Notes: a model not told the origin generated them from the sequence alone. A stretch of 64,000 nucleotides of DNA from Pocillopora damicornis (GCF_003704095.1 NW_020846987.1:1-64000), one strand, 5' to 3'; counted from the stretch's first letter, positions 35,118-48,522 are shown. Program-made: numbers and translations.

Positions 35118-37647
35118 TTTAAATACTGCTCTTGTTGTAGCAATGTCGAAGGTACATTTTAAACGATGAATATCCAAGAAACAGAATTCGGATTCTACTC
35201 GATGCGCATGTCTCAGACATCCGATGATCAAACTATGTTCAGTAAGTCAAAGTCCTTACCTGAATTACGCATGCTTTTGTTATAGGCCGATTGCGAATTG
35301 ATTTTGGGTCTCGGTATGTAATTTCGGGAGTTGCCTATAAAGAGAGAACGAGACTCTGACTAAAATTGATGGAGACTTTCATGAAAAAGTAGCGAAACGG
35401 TCTCTTGCAATAAAGTTTGAAAATTATATTTAACAGTGAGACTTACTGTATATGCTTACGGAATGCTTTCAAGGAAAGTTGACCCATCCTATGAAATTAA
35501 TCTAGTTGCATCGCCGTCAATTATGTTGTTTTGTAAGCTGAGTACCTGATATGATAATCACCTCTTTTAATTCATGTCGCAGATATTTTTCTCCAGAAAA
35601 GCTGCTCATTTCCAATAACGTTGTGAAGAAAATCAGTTTCTCAAGCTAGCAGCAATGGATTTGGAAGTTTAAACCTTTTGGTGAATATTTTCGGTAATGG
35701 ATTCGTTGCCAAAAAATTGTTATTGGAAACAAGGCCAAAGCCGTATGACATTAAGAAAATTCATATCGTCGTAACCTCGTTTATTAAGTAGTCTGGATAT
35801 GCTGCATGACTAATTCCCAGAATGTAATAATAATCGCGTGGTGGCCGGGAAGCAGGCAACACAGCGGTCAAACGTCGGGTGTGCGCGAGGGGGTCAATTC
35901 TGGCAGGCCGCGCGCCATTTTCCCGCGCAACATTCCTAAGGAAAACATGAAAAGCAGCTCCTGTGTCGCAAAATAAGCGAAAGAAAATTGAAACGTCTAT
36001 CGTAATCTGTAGAAGAAAATAATTGTGGAGAAAAAGAAAACTCGACAATTTTCGAACACGGAACTTATTCAAGTACGGGTATCCTGTTGATTCACCTTTC
36101 CGTTTTAATCTTAACCAAAAACAAAGACGGTTGCAAAACACCTCGACTCACTTGCATGTGAGGCTCTGTGTAACTCGTTTCTGACAGCACTCCACGTAGT
36201 AATTACAACCTGCACACATGCACAGACGTTGGACCGCTATGTGGAAGCAAGCAGAACACGGTGGTTGCGGTTACCAGGGAGACGTCTACAGATTACGCCA
36301 GCTTGCCTGCAAGTTAACGCGCGTGCCATTTTTCGCGTATTCGCTTTTTCGCTCGTCTTCGCTGATGAGAGGATGGAACAGGCCAAGATAGAAGAAGTGA
36401 GGATGAAGGAAGAGAAGAGTAGAAGTGGTAGAGTCGTAGAATCGATCACATTACAATAATGTACAGTAGTATGAATTACAGTGGACTTAAGTCTGGACAG
36501 ATTAGAAGGAATAACTGAGTATACCTTATATAAAAGAGAAGAGTTAATTTTTTTAGGATTGTAGCTATGCTGAGCTTAGTAAAGAAGTATTAAGAACATT
36601 ACAGAAGCGTGTGATTTTTATGTGGNNNNNNNNNNNNNNNNNNNNNNNNNNNNNNNNNNNNNNNNNNNNNNNNNNNNNNNNNNNNNNNNNNNNNNNNNNN
36701 NNNNNNNNNNNNNNNNNNNNNNNNNCTTATAAACGTGCTTTTTCATATAGAAAAAAAGAAGACCTTCGTCTTCTTGAAGGCTTCGATGCTTTTTTGTGTT
36801 GTTATATTTTAAGGTTACTTTATTCCACATAAAAATCACACGCTTCTGTAATGTTCTTAATACTTCTTTACTAAGCTCCGCACAGCTGCACTCCTAAAAA
36901 TTTAACTCGTCTCTCTTATATTAGGTGTACTCAGTTATTCCTTTCAATCTTTCCACACTTAAGTCCACTGTACTTCATACTACTGTACATTACTGTACTG
37001 TGCTCTATTCTACGACTCTACCACTTCTACTCTTCTCTTCCTTCCTCCTCACTTCTTCTCTCTTAGCCTGTTCCAGACTCTCATCAGCGAAGACGAGCGA
37101 AAAAGCGAATACGCGAAAAGTGGCGCGCGCGTTAACTTGCAGGCAAGCGGGCGTAATCTGCAGACGTCTACCTAGTAACCGCAACCGCAGCGGCCCGCAT
37201 GCTTCAACACAGCGGTCCAAGGTCTTCGCATGTTCACAGGTTGTAATTACTACGTGAAGTGCTGTCAGAAATGAGTTATACACAGTCTCACATGCAAGTG
37301 AGTCGAGGTGTTTTGCAACCGTAATCAACAAGATACCCGTACTTGAATAAGTTTCGCGTTCGAAAATTGTCGAGTTTGCGTTTTCCCTACTTTTATTCCT
37401 TCTACAGATAACCATGTACGTTTCAATTCACTTTCGCTTATTTTTCAAGACAGGAGCTGTTTTTCATGTTTTCCTATTAAATTTTTGCGCAGGAAAATGG
37501 CGCGCGGCCTGCCAGAATTAATCCCCTCGCGCGCACCCGACGTTTGACCGCAGTGTTGCCTGCTTCCCGCTTTTCCCACACCCACTATTTCACGCATCTC
37601 CACTTACTAAAAGCCTAAGGCAGGCTAATTATCTCCACTCCCTGTCT

Positions 37648-39802
37648 TCAATCAGCCAACAGTAGCTGCCATAGTAACATGACTGACATCAGCCACCAAC
37701 ACATTAGCTTTCCAGGCGCTGCAGATATAGGGGGACGAGTTAAATAATCTCCCAAAGACTCTGATTCATTATCTTTCTCGTGATCAGGAGACCTGCCTAA
37801 ACAAAAAGGTACTTCTTGTGAATTTTGGATAGCAAGTGTTATACTGGACAAACTACATAGGATATGCGAGGAGAGACGAGGAATGGTGGGAAGCGGAAGA
37901 GTGGGAATTAAGTGAATGGGTAAAGACACTCCTCAGAGTTTTCTCTCCAAGTGTTCCTACCATCGGTCTGGAAGGCAAGAAAATAAGTTTGTCATAACTT
38001 TGTCCAGAAACAAAAATGACCACTGAAATGAGATCACTGAAACTTCCAATTTCTTGTGATATTGAAAATACTAACATTGGAGGAAGTGGAAAACACTCAC
38101 GAATCAATGGATCTTTAAAGGATTGTAAGCAGCGTATTTCCTCGAATGAGCGCCCACTCCTTAGCCCATAAATTGAAGTAACCGTTCCCCCCTTCTTCAC
38201 TTTCTTAAATAGTGGTGATGCAAGGAAAACCTGTCTCTATCGCCACTTTATTTATAACTTTTTGAGCTTCAGTTCCCGAGTTTATTTTCCGTTCCACATA
38301 TACCCGTCTTCGTGCGCTCGTAGAATTCCTCTATGTGTTTCACCTGTACTGTTGATTTTTTTTGTCTTATCAGTGCGCTGTTGATTTTTTTTGTCTTATC
38401 AGTGCGCTAACTTAAAAAGTGCCCCCTCGGGAAAGCGACCTCCTACCAATAAGCGCCCCTACCCCCATCACCCTTTTGGCCGAAATTAAATGACCGCCCG
38501 GGCGTTTGTTCGAGGAAATACGGAATTCACTTTTCCCAAATAAGGGGGAGGGGGGGCGTACCCCCGCCAGTGCGAAGTGTCATATCACGCCGGCTTTATC
38601 CCACGTGGTGAAACGACAATTTTGCCGGCTGGTTTTACGAATCTATTTAACCAATTCAAAACACGGACATTGCCTGAAAAACATTGGGCAAGCAGAGGAG
38701 TTCTGACTCTGATAATTAACTAGTCACACAAAAGTCAACCAAAAATACAATGGAAAGCAAAAAATTAACTCTCACCTTTTTCATCGACGTCTTGGTAATC
38801 ATAACCGAACTCGAATGATTTCTTGAACATCTGTTGGTGAGTGTAAACCGGAAACAACGGCACAATGACGTCATCTCTGTTGTGACCAATGGGTGCATCG
38901 TTAGTGGATAGCACATTCGCACTCTTATTAAACTTCCGCAACCATTTTTCATAGATACGATCCACAAACGCGTGATGAAGAGCAAAGATCGGGTCGTTTG
39001 ATGCCGAAGGTACGTCCGCCATTTCTCCTCCAAGAACTATGTGGACCCGGTTGTGCAAGTCGTGGACGTCAAAATGGTGACGACCAGTTTCGGTGCTGGC
39101 ATAACCCTCTAGGATGTTTCTAAAACTGCAGCTGGAACTTTTGTTGTAGGGTGGGAGGTCAAAGGTTTCAAAACGGAGCGCGAAGTTAACTTCTGTTTTT
39201 GTTGGAAATGTCATAGTATATCCTTTTTCCTTCTTTTTCTTCTCCTTCTCATCATCTGTGTTCCGTTTCAATCCAGCTCTTGTATCGGCAGGGTTACACG
39301 GCCTTGTTAGGTCATGGGTTTGTTCGCTGGTGCAAAGGACGTTCCAGTCATTCAAGTATTTGCCCCTCACAATGCCAGTAACTTGGTCCGTTACGCCAAG
39401 GAGCTCTTCAGAGCAAATTGCGGGGTCGCATTGAGTGGGATTCCCAGTCCAGTCCCAGAAAGGAAGGGCAAATTCTTCATCGTTTCCAACTTCCTGCAAG
39501 GTTCTCTCCCATGCCAACAAGTACAACCGATGCCATGAGAGAAATCCCTGACCATCGTGTGCAAAGTCAATATCAGATTCAGTCTTATTATGCGGTAAAA
39601 TGGTGTCACGTGCAGCATAGTAATGCATCCACGTGAACAGGTCATAGCTAGTGACATCAGAAAAGAAGTGCGATGGGTCCCCACCGTGCATAACGGTTCT
39701 GTATATCTCCTCGTAAGAAGTAGACGTAACCACGAAGTCACTTCGATATTCCTTGGATTTTTTGACGTATCTCATGTATCGTTCTTTCTCCCAGGCTGTC
39801 AG
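37648..39802 (-). CDS. Tyrosinase-family copy D, 5' end in gap; exons 39802-38776 and 37796-37648
   Basis: Open frame with all six Cu-ligand His (WMHYY, FAH, WHR, HNRVH, LHH) and a homologous terminal exon. Confidence 0.9.
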
Positions 39803-39956
39803 NNNNNNNNNNNNNNNNNNNNNNNNNNNNNNNNNNNNNNNNNNNNNNNNNNNNNNNNNNNNNNNNNNNNNNNNNNNNNNNNNNNNNNNNNNNNNNNNNN
39901 NNACTTTTTACATAGTATACGAAAAATATGTATTTTTGGGTTTACATGCCCTTTAA

Positions 39957-40145
39957 AGTTGAGAAGAACACTACAACAGCTCTGCTATTTTAATGGTTGG
40001 TCACCAAAAGCTGTTCAGTACCTTTTTAAGCACTTACTTGAAGGGATTCTCAGTGCCGCTTTTCTGGATAGCACCCATAACAGTCATGCCAACCCTATAA
40101 GGCAGCGACACTGTTAACAGCGCCATGGAGAAGAAGGTCACAACA
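39957..40145 (-). pseudogene. Second reticulon fragment: 3' half of the first RHD exon plus the start of the next intron
   Basis: Near-identical reverse complement of 57552-57739 (VVTFFSMALLTVSL.YRVGMTVMGAIQKSGTENPFK|gtaagt). Confidence 0.88.
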
Positions 40146-41424
40146 TCTTGGAAGCGAATTTTTGTCCGAAGTGTGGAGTGGTTGGCTGGTTGGCCGAAGG
40201 GAAGGGGGGTAGGGGGTAGATTAGATACAAAATAAACGGCTGGTGAAGAATTAGCTTGCGTGGCCAATGCACGAAGTGAAGAAAAGGGCAAAGTTGATGT
40301 AAGGGCAAAGTGCGATCGGCAGGATTTCCCACCCAGATCTTGATATCTTAAAATACGTGCTGACGTAAATGCCGCCTTCCCACCCCACCCGCGTCGTGCG
40401 TGAGGCACGCAGTTTAGCAAATAATAAACAAAGTTTACTCGTGGTCGCATTTAACCAACAAATAGACTTCAAATATCGAGATGTGTTGTTTATAAACGTG
40501 CTTTTTCATATATAAAAAAGAAGACCTTCGTCTTCTTGAAGGCTTTGATGAATTTTTGTGTTGTTATATTTTAAGGTTACTTTACTCCACATAAGAATCA
40601 CACGTTTCAGTAATGTTCTTAATACTTCTTTACTAAGCTCAGCCCAGCTACACTCCTAAAAAATTAACTCTTCTCTCTTATATTGGGTATACTCATATAC
40701 TTCATACTACTTTACATTACTGTACTGTGCTCTATTCTACGACTCTACCACTTTTACTCTGCTCTTTCCTCCTTCTCCTTCTTCTCTCTTAGCCTGCTCC
40801 ATCCTCTCAATCAGCGAAGACACGCGAAAAATGGCGCGCGCGTTAACTTGCAGACAAGCGGACGTAATCTGCAGACGTCTCCCTTGTAACCGCAACCGCC
40901 GCGGCTTGCTTGCTTCAACACAGCGGTTCAACGTTTGTACATGTGTGCAGGTTGTAATTACTAAGTGGAGTGTTGTCATAAACGAGTTACACACAGCCTA
41001 ACATACAAGTGAATGAGGTTTTTTTGCAATCGTCTTTGTTTTTGTCAAGAATTGAAACGGAAAGGTCAATCAAAAGGATACCCGTACTTGAATAAGCTTC
41101 GTGTTCGAAAACTGTCGAGTTTTCTCTTTCCCTTCTTTTATTCCTTCTACATATAACGATGCACGTTTCAATTTTCTTTCGCTTATTTTTCGAGACAGGG
41201 GTTGTTTTTCATGTTTTTCTATGAAATTTTCCGCAGGAAAATGGTGACGGGCCTGCCAGAATTGATCCCCTCGCGCACGCCCGACGTTTGACCGCTGTGT
41301 TGCTTGCTTCCTGGTTCACCCCCCCCCCCCCCCCCCCCCCCCCCCCACATACACACACCTCTATTTCACGCATCTCCACTTCCTAAAGAGCCTAAAGCAG
41401 GCTAATTCTCTCCACTTTCTGTCT

Positions 41425-43882
41425 TCAATCAGCCAACAATAGCTGCCATACTAACATGACTGACATCAGCCACCAACACATTAGCTTTCCAGGCGCTCCA
41501 GATTTAGGAAGGTTAGGGTAACAGTCAGGCTGTGGACAATCTCCCAAATACTTTGATTCATCTTCTTTCTCGTCATCAGGAGACCTGCCTATTCAAAGAT
41601 ACTTTCTTGTGAATTTTGGGTATCAAGAGTGATAGCGGACATACTACACAGGGTATGAGAGGAGAGACGAGGAATGGTGGAAAGCGGGGGAGTTGGAATT
41701 AAGTGAATGGGTAAACACACTCCTCAGAGTTCTCTCTCCAAGACGTGTTCCTACAATTGGACTAGGAGGCAAAAACAAAATTTGCCATAACTTTTACCAG
41801 AGAAAAAAACGAAATGCTTGTTTAAGAGCACTGAAACTTTCAATTTATTGTGATATTTAAAATACCAACATTAGGGGAAGTGAAAAACACCCACGAATTA
41901 ATGGAATTTTTAAATGATTATAAGTTCCGTATTTCCTTGAATGAGCGCCTACCCCTTAGCATAAATTGAAGTAACCGAACGAAAACGTTTTTCTATTGCC
42001 ACTTTATCCAAAACCTTTTGAGCTTCAGTTCCCGAGTTTCTTTTCCGTTCCAGATATTTCAGTCTTCATGCGCTTGTAGAATTCCCTTATGTATTTTACC
42101 TGTGGTTTTGACTTTTCCGTCCTATCAGTGCACTAACTCAACTAACGCCTACTCGGTAAGGCGCCCTCCTACCAATAAGCGCCCCTAACCCCCCCCCCCC
42201 CTTTCAGCCACAATTTTATGAGCGCTCGGGCGTTTGTTCGAGGAAATATGGTATTCACTTCTCCTAAATAAAGGGGGAGGGGGTGGGGGTGGGGAAGTGT
42301 ACCTGCACCTTTAGACCCCTGCCAGCTACGCTCATGCAAAGTGTCCTGTTGCGCACCCAATCCCCCGCGGTGAAACAACAATTTTGCCGGCTGGTTTTAC
42401 GAATCTATTTAACCAATTCAAAACGGACACCAACATACAATGGAAAGCAAAATATCCATTCTCACCTTTTTCATCGACGTCTTGGTAATCATAACCGAAC
42501 TCGAAAGATTTCTTGAACATCTGTTGGTGAGTGTAAACCGGAAACAAAGGCACAATGACGTCATCTCTGTTGTGACCAATGGGTGCATCGTAAGTAGATA
42601 GCACATTCGCATCCTTATTAAACTTCCGCAACCATTTTTCATAAATACGATCCACAAACGCGTGATGAAGAAGAAAGATCGGGTCGTTTGATGCTGAAGG
42701 TACGTCCCCCATTTCTCCTCCAACAACTATGTGGACCTGGTTGTGCAAGCCGTGGACGTTAGGAAGGCGAAAACCAGTTTTGGTGCTAACATAACCCTCT
42801 AAGATGTTTTTAAAATTGCAGCTAGACTCTTTATTGTAGGGTGGGAAGTCGAAGGTTTCAAAACGGAGCGCAAAGTTAACTTCTGTTTGTGTTGGAAATG
42901 TCATAGTATATCCTTGTTCCTTCACTTTCTTCTCCTTCTCATCATCTGTGTCCCGTTTCAATCCAGCTCTTGTTATGTTAGGGTAACACGGCTTTTTTAG
43001 GGCATTGGTTTGTTCGCTGGTGCAAAGGACGTACCAGTTATCCAAGTATTTGTCCCTCACGATGCCAGTAGTTTGGTTTGTTACACCAAGGAGCTCTTCA
43101 GAGCAAATTGTAGGGTCGCATTGAGTGGGATTCCCAGTCCAGTCCCAGAAAGGAAGGGCAAATTCTTCATCTCCTCCAATTTCCTGCAAGGTTCTCTCCC
43201 ATGCCAACATGTACAACCGATGCCATGTGGGAAATCCCTGACCATCGTGTGCGAAGTCGATATCAGATTCAGTGACATCATGAGGTAAAATGGTGTCACT
43301 TGCCGCATAGTAATGCATCCACGTGAACAGGTCATAGTTAGTGACATCATAAAAGTAGGACTTTGGGTCGCCACCCTCCATAACGGTTTTGTTTATCTTC
43401 TTGTAAGAAGTAGACGTAACCACGAAGTCACTTACATAGTGCTTGGACATGTTAACGTATCTCATGAATCGATCTTTCTCCTCGGCTGTTAGGTTCAGAA
43501 AATTTCTTCGTATCAAATTTTTCTTCTGCGTGCAGTTCTTGCCATAGTAACCAAATGCGCATTTGCTGCAATCGTAACCTGCATAGTTTGCATTGGATAT
43601 GCAGACTTTATTGTAAAGAGCACGCGGCCAGTTGTGTCTCTCGTCCTCCATCTGGAACGGTCGGTAATGGCTGTACTTGAATGTCCAATCACGAATGGTC
43701 ACTTCCTGGCACTTTCCTCTGTCTCCATCGCAGCCACATAGTGTGGTGAAGCCTTTGGGGACGGGACAACATGTCTTGTCTCTCAGGCTGTCCCGGTCAG
43801 TACAGACTCTGGGAAACTGGCCTTCAACCCAGGGTAAAATGACGACGACAAAGACAAGGTATGCGATGCTGGGGTAACCCAT
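41425..43882 (-). CDS. Tyrosinase-family copy E; coding exons 43882-42466 and 41588-41425
   Basis: Complete ORF with CuA and CuB intact; terminal exon GRSPDDEKEDESKYLGDCPQPDCYPNLPKSGAPGKLMCWWLMSVMLVWQLLLAD*. Confidence 0.92.
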
Positions 43883-46800
43883 TTTATGATCGACTCCCTG
43901 AGAGACAAAATTTAGGTCTTATTGTTATCTGTCCTCCGAGCCTAGACGTTCAACAATTATGTGAAACATAGATATCTTTGTTTAATTTTTAATAGTTCTA
44001 ATAATAGTAATGACAATGATGATAAGAATTATAATAATAATGATGATGATGATAATAGAATCATGAAAACTTTCAAATAGAGAGAAACTGGGTTTTTTCT
44101 GTGTTAGTTTTTGAAGAGAGGTGAAACTCAAACATGAAAATTGTTTTCTATAAACCTCACCGAGCCAGGAAAAAAGGGTTGATTATTTTTCACATTTTCT
44201 TTCGTATTTTATCTCACTAAAGTCCGAAGTTAATTGATCCATCTTGCAACGACTGTGTTTACAAATTTTAGGGCTACAAGATCCTAAAAATGATTTAAAA
44301 CTCTGGATTGATAGATTTTAGAATCTAAAAAGGGCCGGNNNNNNNNNNNNNNNNNNNNNNNNNNNNNNNNNNNNNNNNNNNNNNNNNNNNNNNNNNNNNN
44401 NNNNNNNNNNNNNNNNNNNNNNNNNNNNNNNNNNNNNNACAGCTCCTGTCTCCCAAAATAAACGAAAGAAAATTGAAACGTACATCGTAATCTGTAGAAG
44501 GGAATAAACGTAGAGAAAAAGAAAACTCGATAATTTTCGAACCCGAAGCTTATTCAAGTACGGATATCTTGTTGATTCACCTTTCCGTTTTAATCTTTAA
44601 CAAAAACAAAGACGGTTGCAAAACACCTCGACTCACTTGAATGCGAGGCTGTGTAACTTGTTTCTGACATCACTTCACGTAGTAATTACAACCTGCGCAC
44701 ACGCGCAGAGGTTGGACCGCTGTGTTGAAGCAAGCGGGATGCGGTGGTTGCAGTTACTACGGAGACGTCTGCAGATTACGCCCGCTTGCCTGCAAGTTAA
44801 CGCGCGCGCCATTTTTCACGTGTTCGCTTTTTCGCTCGTCTTCGCTGATGAGAGGCTGAAACAGGCTAAGAGAGAAGAAGTGAGGATGAAGGAAGAGAAG
44901 AGTAGAAATGGTAGAGTCGTAGAATAGAGCACAGTACGATAATGTACAGTAACATGAAGTACAATGGACTTACGTCTGGAAAGATTAGAAGGAATAACTG
45001 AGAATAAACAATATAAGAGGGATGAGTTAATTTTTTAGGAGCTTAGCTGTGCTGAGCTTAGTAAAGAAGTATTGAGAACATTACAGAAGCGACTGATTCG
45101 CATGTGAAGTAAAGTAATCTCATAATCTAACCATTCAAAAACGCACCAAAGCCTTCAAGAAGACGAAGGTTTTCTTTTTACATATGAAAAGGCGCGTTAT
45201 AATAGTACATCTCGATATTTAAAGTCTATTTTTTGATTAAATGCGACCACGAGTGAACTGTGTCTATTATTTACTAACCTGCGTGCTTTGCACACGACGG
45301 GGGTGGGGTGGGAAGGCGGCAGTTACGCCGGTGCGTATTTTAGGATAACAAGATCCGGGTGGGAAATCCTGGCGATCACACATCAACTTACATCAACTTT
45401 GCCCTTCACAGGCCCCCATTCATCGGCCACGCGAGTTAATTCTTTACCAGTCGTTATTTTGTATTTAATCTACCCCTTATCCGCCCCCCTCCCCCCCGCC
45501 TCGCCAACCACTCCACACATAGTCTTATCTCGACGCTCCAATCTTAATCAAGAGGCGCTCATAATATGATCGCTACAAAGGATTTATGTACTGCTTTCGA
45601 TGTAACAATGTTCAAGGTACATTTCAAACGATGACTATCCAAGAAACAGAATGCGGATTTTACTCGATGCACATGTCGCAACCATCCGATGATCAAACTA
45701 TGTTCAATTCGTCAAAGTCCTTAAATGTGCATGCTTTTGTTGTAGGCCGATCGCGGATTGATTTCAGGAGTGCTTCTAAAGAAGGAATTCAGGCTCTGAC
45801 TAAAATCGAAGGAGGCTTTCATGACAAAGTGGCGAAGCGGTCTCTTGCGATAAAGTTTGATTTTGGGCCGAAAATTATATTTACTAGCAAGAAATGCTTT
45901 ATATGCTTACGGGATGCTATCTGGGAAAGTTGACCCGTTTTATGAAATTAATCCAGTTGCATCGCGTCAATTATGTGGTTTTTTTAAGCTGAGGACCTGA
46001 TGTGACGAAATTTTCTTTTGATTCAAGTAGCAGATATTTTGCACCAGAAAAGCCGCTCATTTCTAATAACTTTGTGAAGAAAATCAGTTTCTCAAGCGAG
46101 CAGCAATGGATTTGGAAGTTTAAACCTTTTGGTCAATATTTTCAGTGATGGATTCCTCGCCAAAAAATTGTTATTGGAAACTAGGTCACAGAGACAACAA
46201 AGAAACAGGATATTTTTCAAGCGTACAGTGATAACCCGTATGACATTAAGAAAATTCATATCGTCTTAGCCTCGTTTGTTAGGTAGTCAGGATATACTGC
46301 GTGACTAATTCCCAGAATATGAATAATAATTGCGTGGTGTGAACTGGAAGATAAGTTTCCGGGAATCTGGATCTCGATTCACTTGAAAGGAATTAAACCG
46401 GAGATTTTGGATCTGAAAAGTTGTTGCCTTCAAAGTCACAAACAAAAAAATTAAGCTTCTTGAGATAAAGCGAAATTACGGCTCATTGCTGTGAGGATTT
46501 TCATGTGACGAATAACTTCTGGCGTAAAGAATCAAAGAACCAGAATACTAAACAGTACAGGTCAATGTTTTCGAGATGCATAATCCAATCGTTTGTGATA
46601 TTAAGAGAATAAAAAAAGAAACATTTACTTAAGATTCGATGGCATCCGGCCCTTTTTATATTCTAAAACCTAGCGATCCAGAGTTTTAAATCATTTTAGG
46701 GTCTTGTGGCCCTAAAAATTGTAAACACAGTCATTGCAAGATGGATCAGTTAACTTTGGGCTTTAGTTAGATAAAATACGAAAGAAAATGTGTAAAATAA

Positions 46801-47105
46801 TTAACATTTTCCCCCTGGCCAAGTGAGGTTTATAGATAACAATTGTTATTTTGAGTTTCACCTTTTCCTCAAAAACAAACACCAAAAACACACCCAGTTT
46901 CTCTCTATTTGAAAGTTTTCATGATTTCTATTATTATTATTATCATCATCATTATTATAATTCTTATCATTATTGTTATTACTATTATTAGAACTATTAA
47001 AATTAGACAGAGATATCTATGTTTTACATAATTGTTATACGTCTAGACTCGTAGGACAGATAACAATTAGACCTAAATTTGATCTCTCAGGTAGTCTATC
47101 ATAAA

Positions 47106-48522
47106 ATGGGTTACCCCATCATCGCATGCCTTGTCTTTCTTGTTGTCACTTTACCCTGGGTTGAAGGCCAGTTTCCCAGAGACTGCATTGACCTGGACAG
47201 TCTGAGAGACAAGATATGTTGTCCTGTCCCCAAAGGCTTCACCACACGATGTGGTTGCGATGGAGACAGAGGAAAGTGCCAAGAACTGACCATTCGTGAT
47301 TGGACATTCAAGTACAGCCATTATCGACCGTTCCAGATGGAGGACGAGAGACACAACTGGCCGCGTGCTATTTACCACAAAGTCTGCAAATGCAACGCAA
47401 ACTATGCAGGTTACGATTGCAGCAAATGCGCCTTTGGTTACTATGGCAAGAACTGCACGCAGAAGAAAAATCTAATACGAAGAAATTTTCTAAACCTGAC
47501 AGCCGAGGAGAAAGATCGATACATGAGATACGTCAACATGTCCAAGCACTATGTAAGTGACTTTATGATTACGTCTACTCCTTACGAGGAGATAAACAAA
47601 ACTGTTATGGAGGGTGGCGACCCAAAGTCCTTCTTTTATAATGTCACTAACTATGACTTGTTCACGTGGATGCATTACTATGCTGCAAGTGACACCATTT
47701 TACCTCATGATATCACTGAATCTGATATTGACTTCGCACACGATGGTCAGGGATTTCCCTCATGGCATCGGTTGTACTTGTTGGCATGGGAGAGAACCTT
47801 GCAGGAAGTTGGAAACGATGAAGAATTTGCCCTTCCTTTCTGGGACTGGACTGGGAATCCCAATCAATGCGACCCTACAATTTGCTCAGAAGAGCTCCTT
47901 GGTGTAACAAACCAAACTACTGGCATCCTGAGGGGCAAATACTTGGATAACTGGTACGTCCTTTGCACCAGCGAACAAACCTTTGACCTAACAGAGCCGT
48001 GTGAACCTGATGACAGAAGAGCTGGATTGAAACGGAACACAGATGATGAGAAGGAGAAGAAAGAGAAGGAACAAGGATATACTATGACATTTCCAACAAA
48101 GACAGATGTCAACTTTGCACTCCGTTTTGAAACCTTTGACCTCCCACCCCACAACAAAGAGTCTAGCTGCAATTTTAGAAACATCCTAGAGGGTTATGTT
48201 AGCACCAAAACTGGTTTTCGCCTTCCTAACGTCCACGGCTTGCACAATCGGGTCCACATAGTTGTTGGAGGAGAAATGGGGGACGTGCCTTCGGCATCAA
48301 ACGACCCGATCTTTGCTCTTCATCACGCGTTTGTGGATCGTATCTATGAAAAATGGCTGCGGAAGTTTAATAAGGATGCGAATGTGCTATCTACTTACGA
48401 TGCACCCATTGGTCACAACAGAGATGACGTCATTGTGCCGTTGTTTCCGGTTTACACTCACCAACAGATGTTCAAGAAGTCTTTCGACTTCGGTTATGAT
48501 TACCAAGACGTCGATGAGAAAG
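47106..48522 (+). CDS. Tyrosinase-family copy F, main coding exon; terminal exon expected just past the gap at 49369
   Basis: MGYPIIACLVFL...QDVDEK G|gtgag; CuA and CuB intact; following intron homologous to that of copy C. Confidence 0.92.

Noticed and set aside
36540-36900. Large inverted repeat centred on the 36626-36725 gap
   Set aside because: Two copies of the downstream block on separate contigs; orientation across a 100-N gap is unverified.
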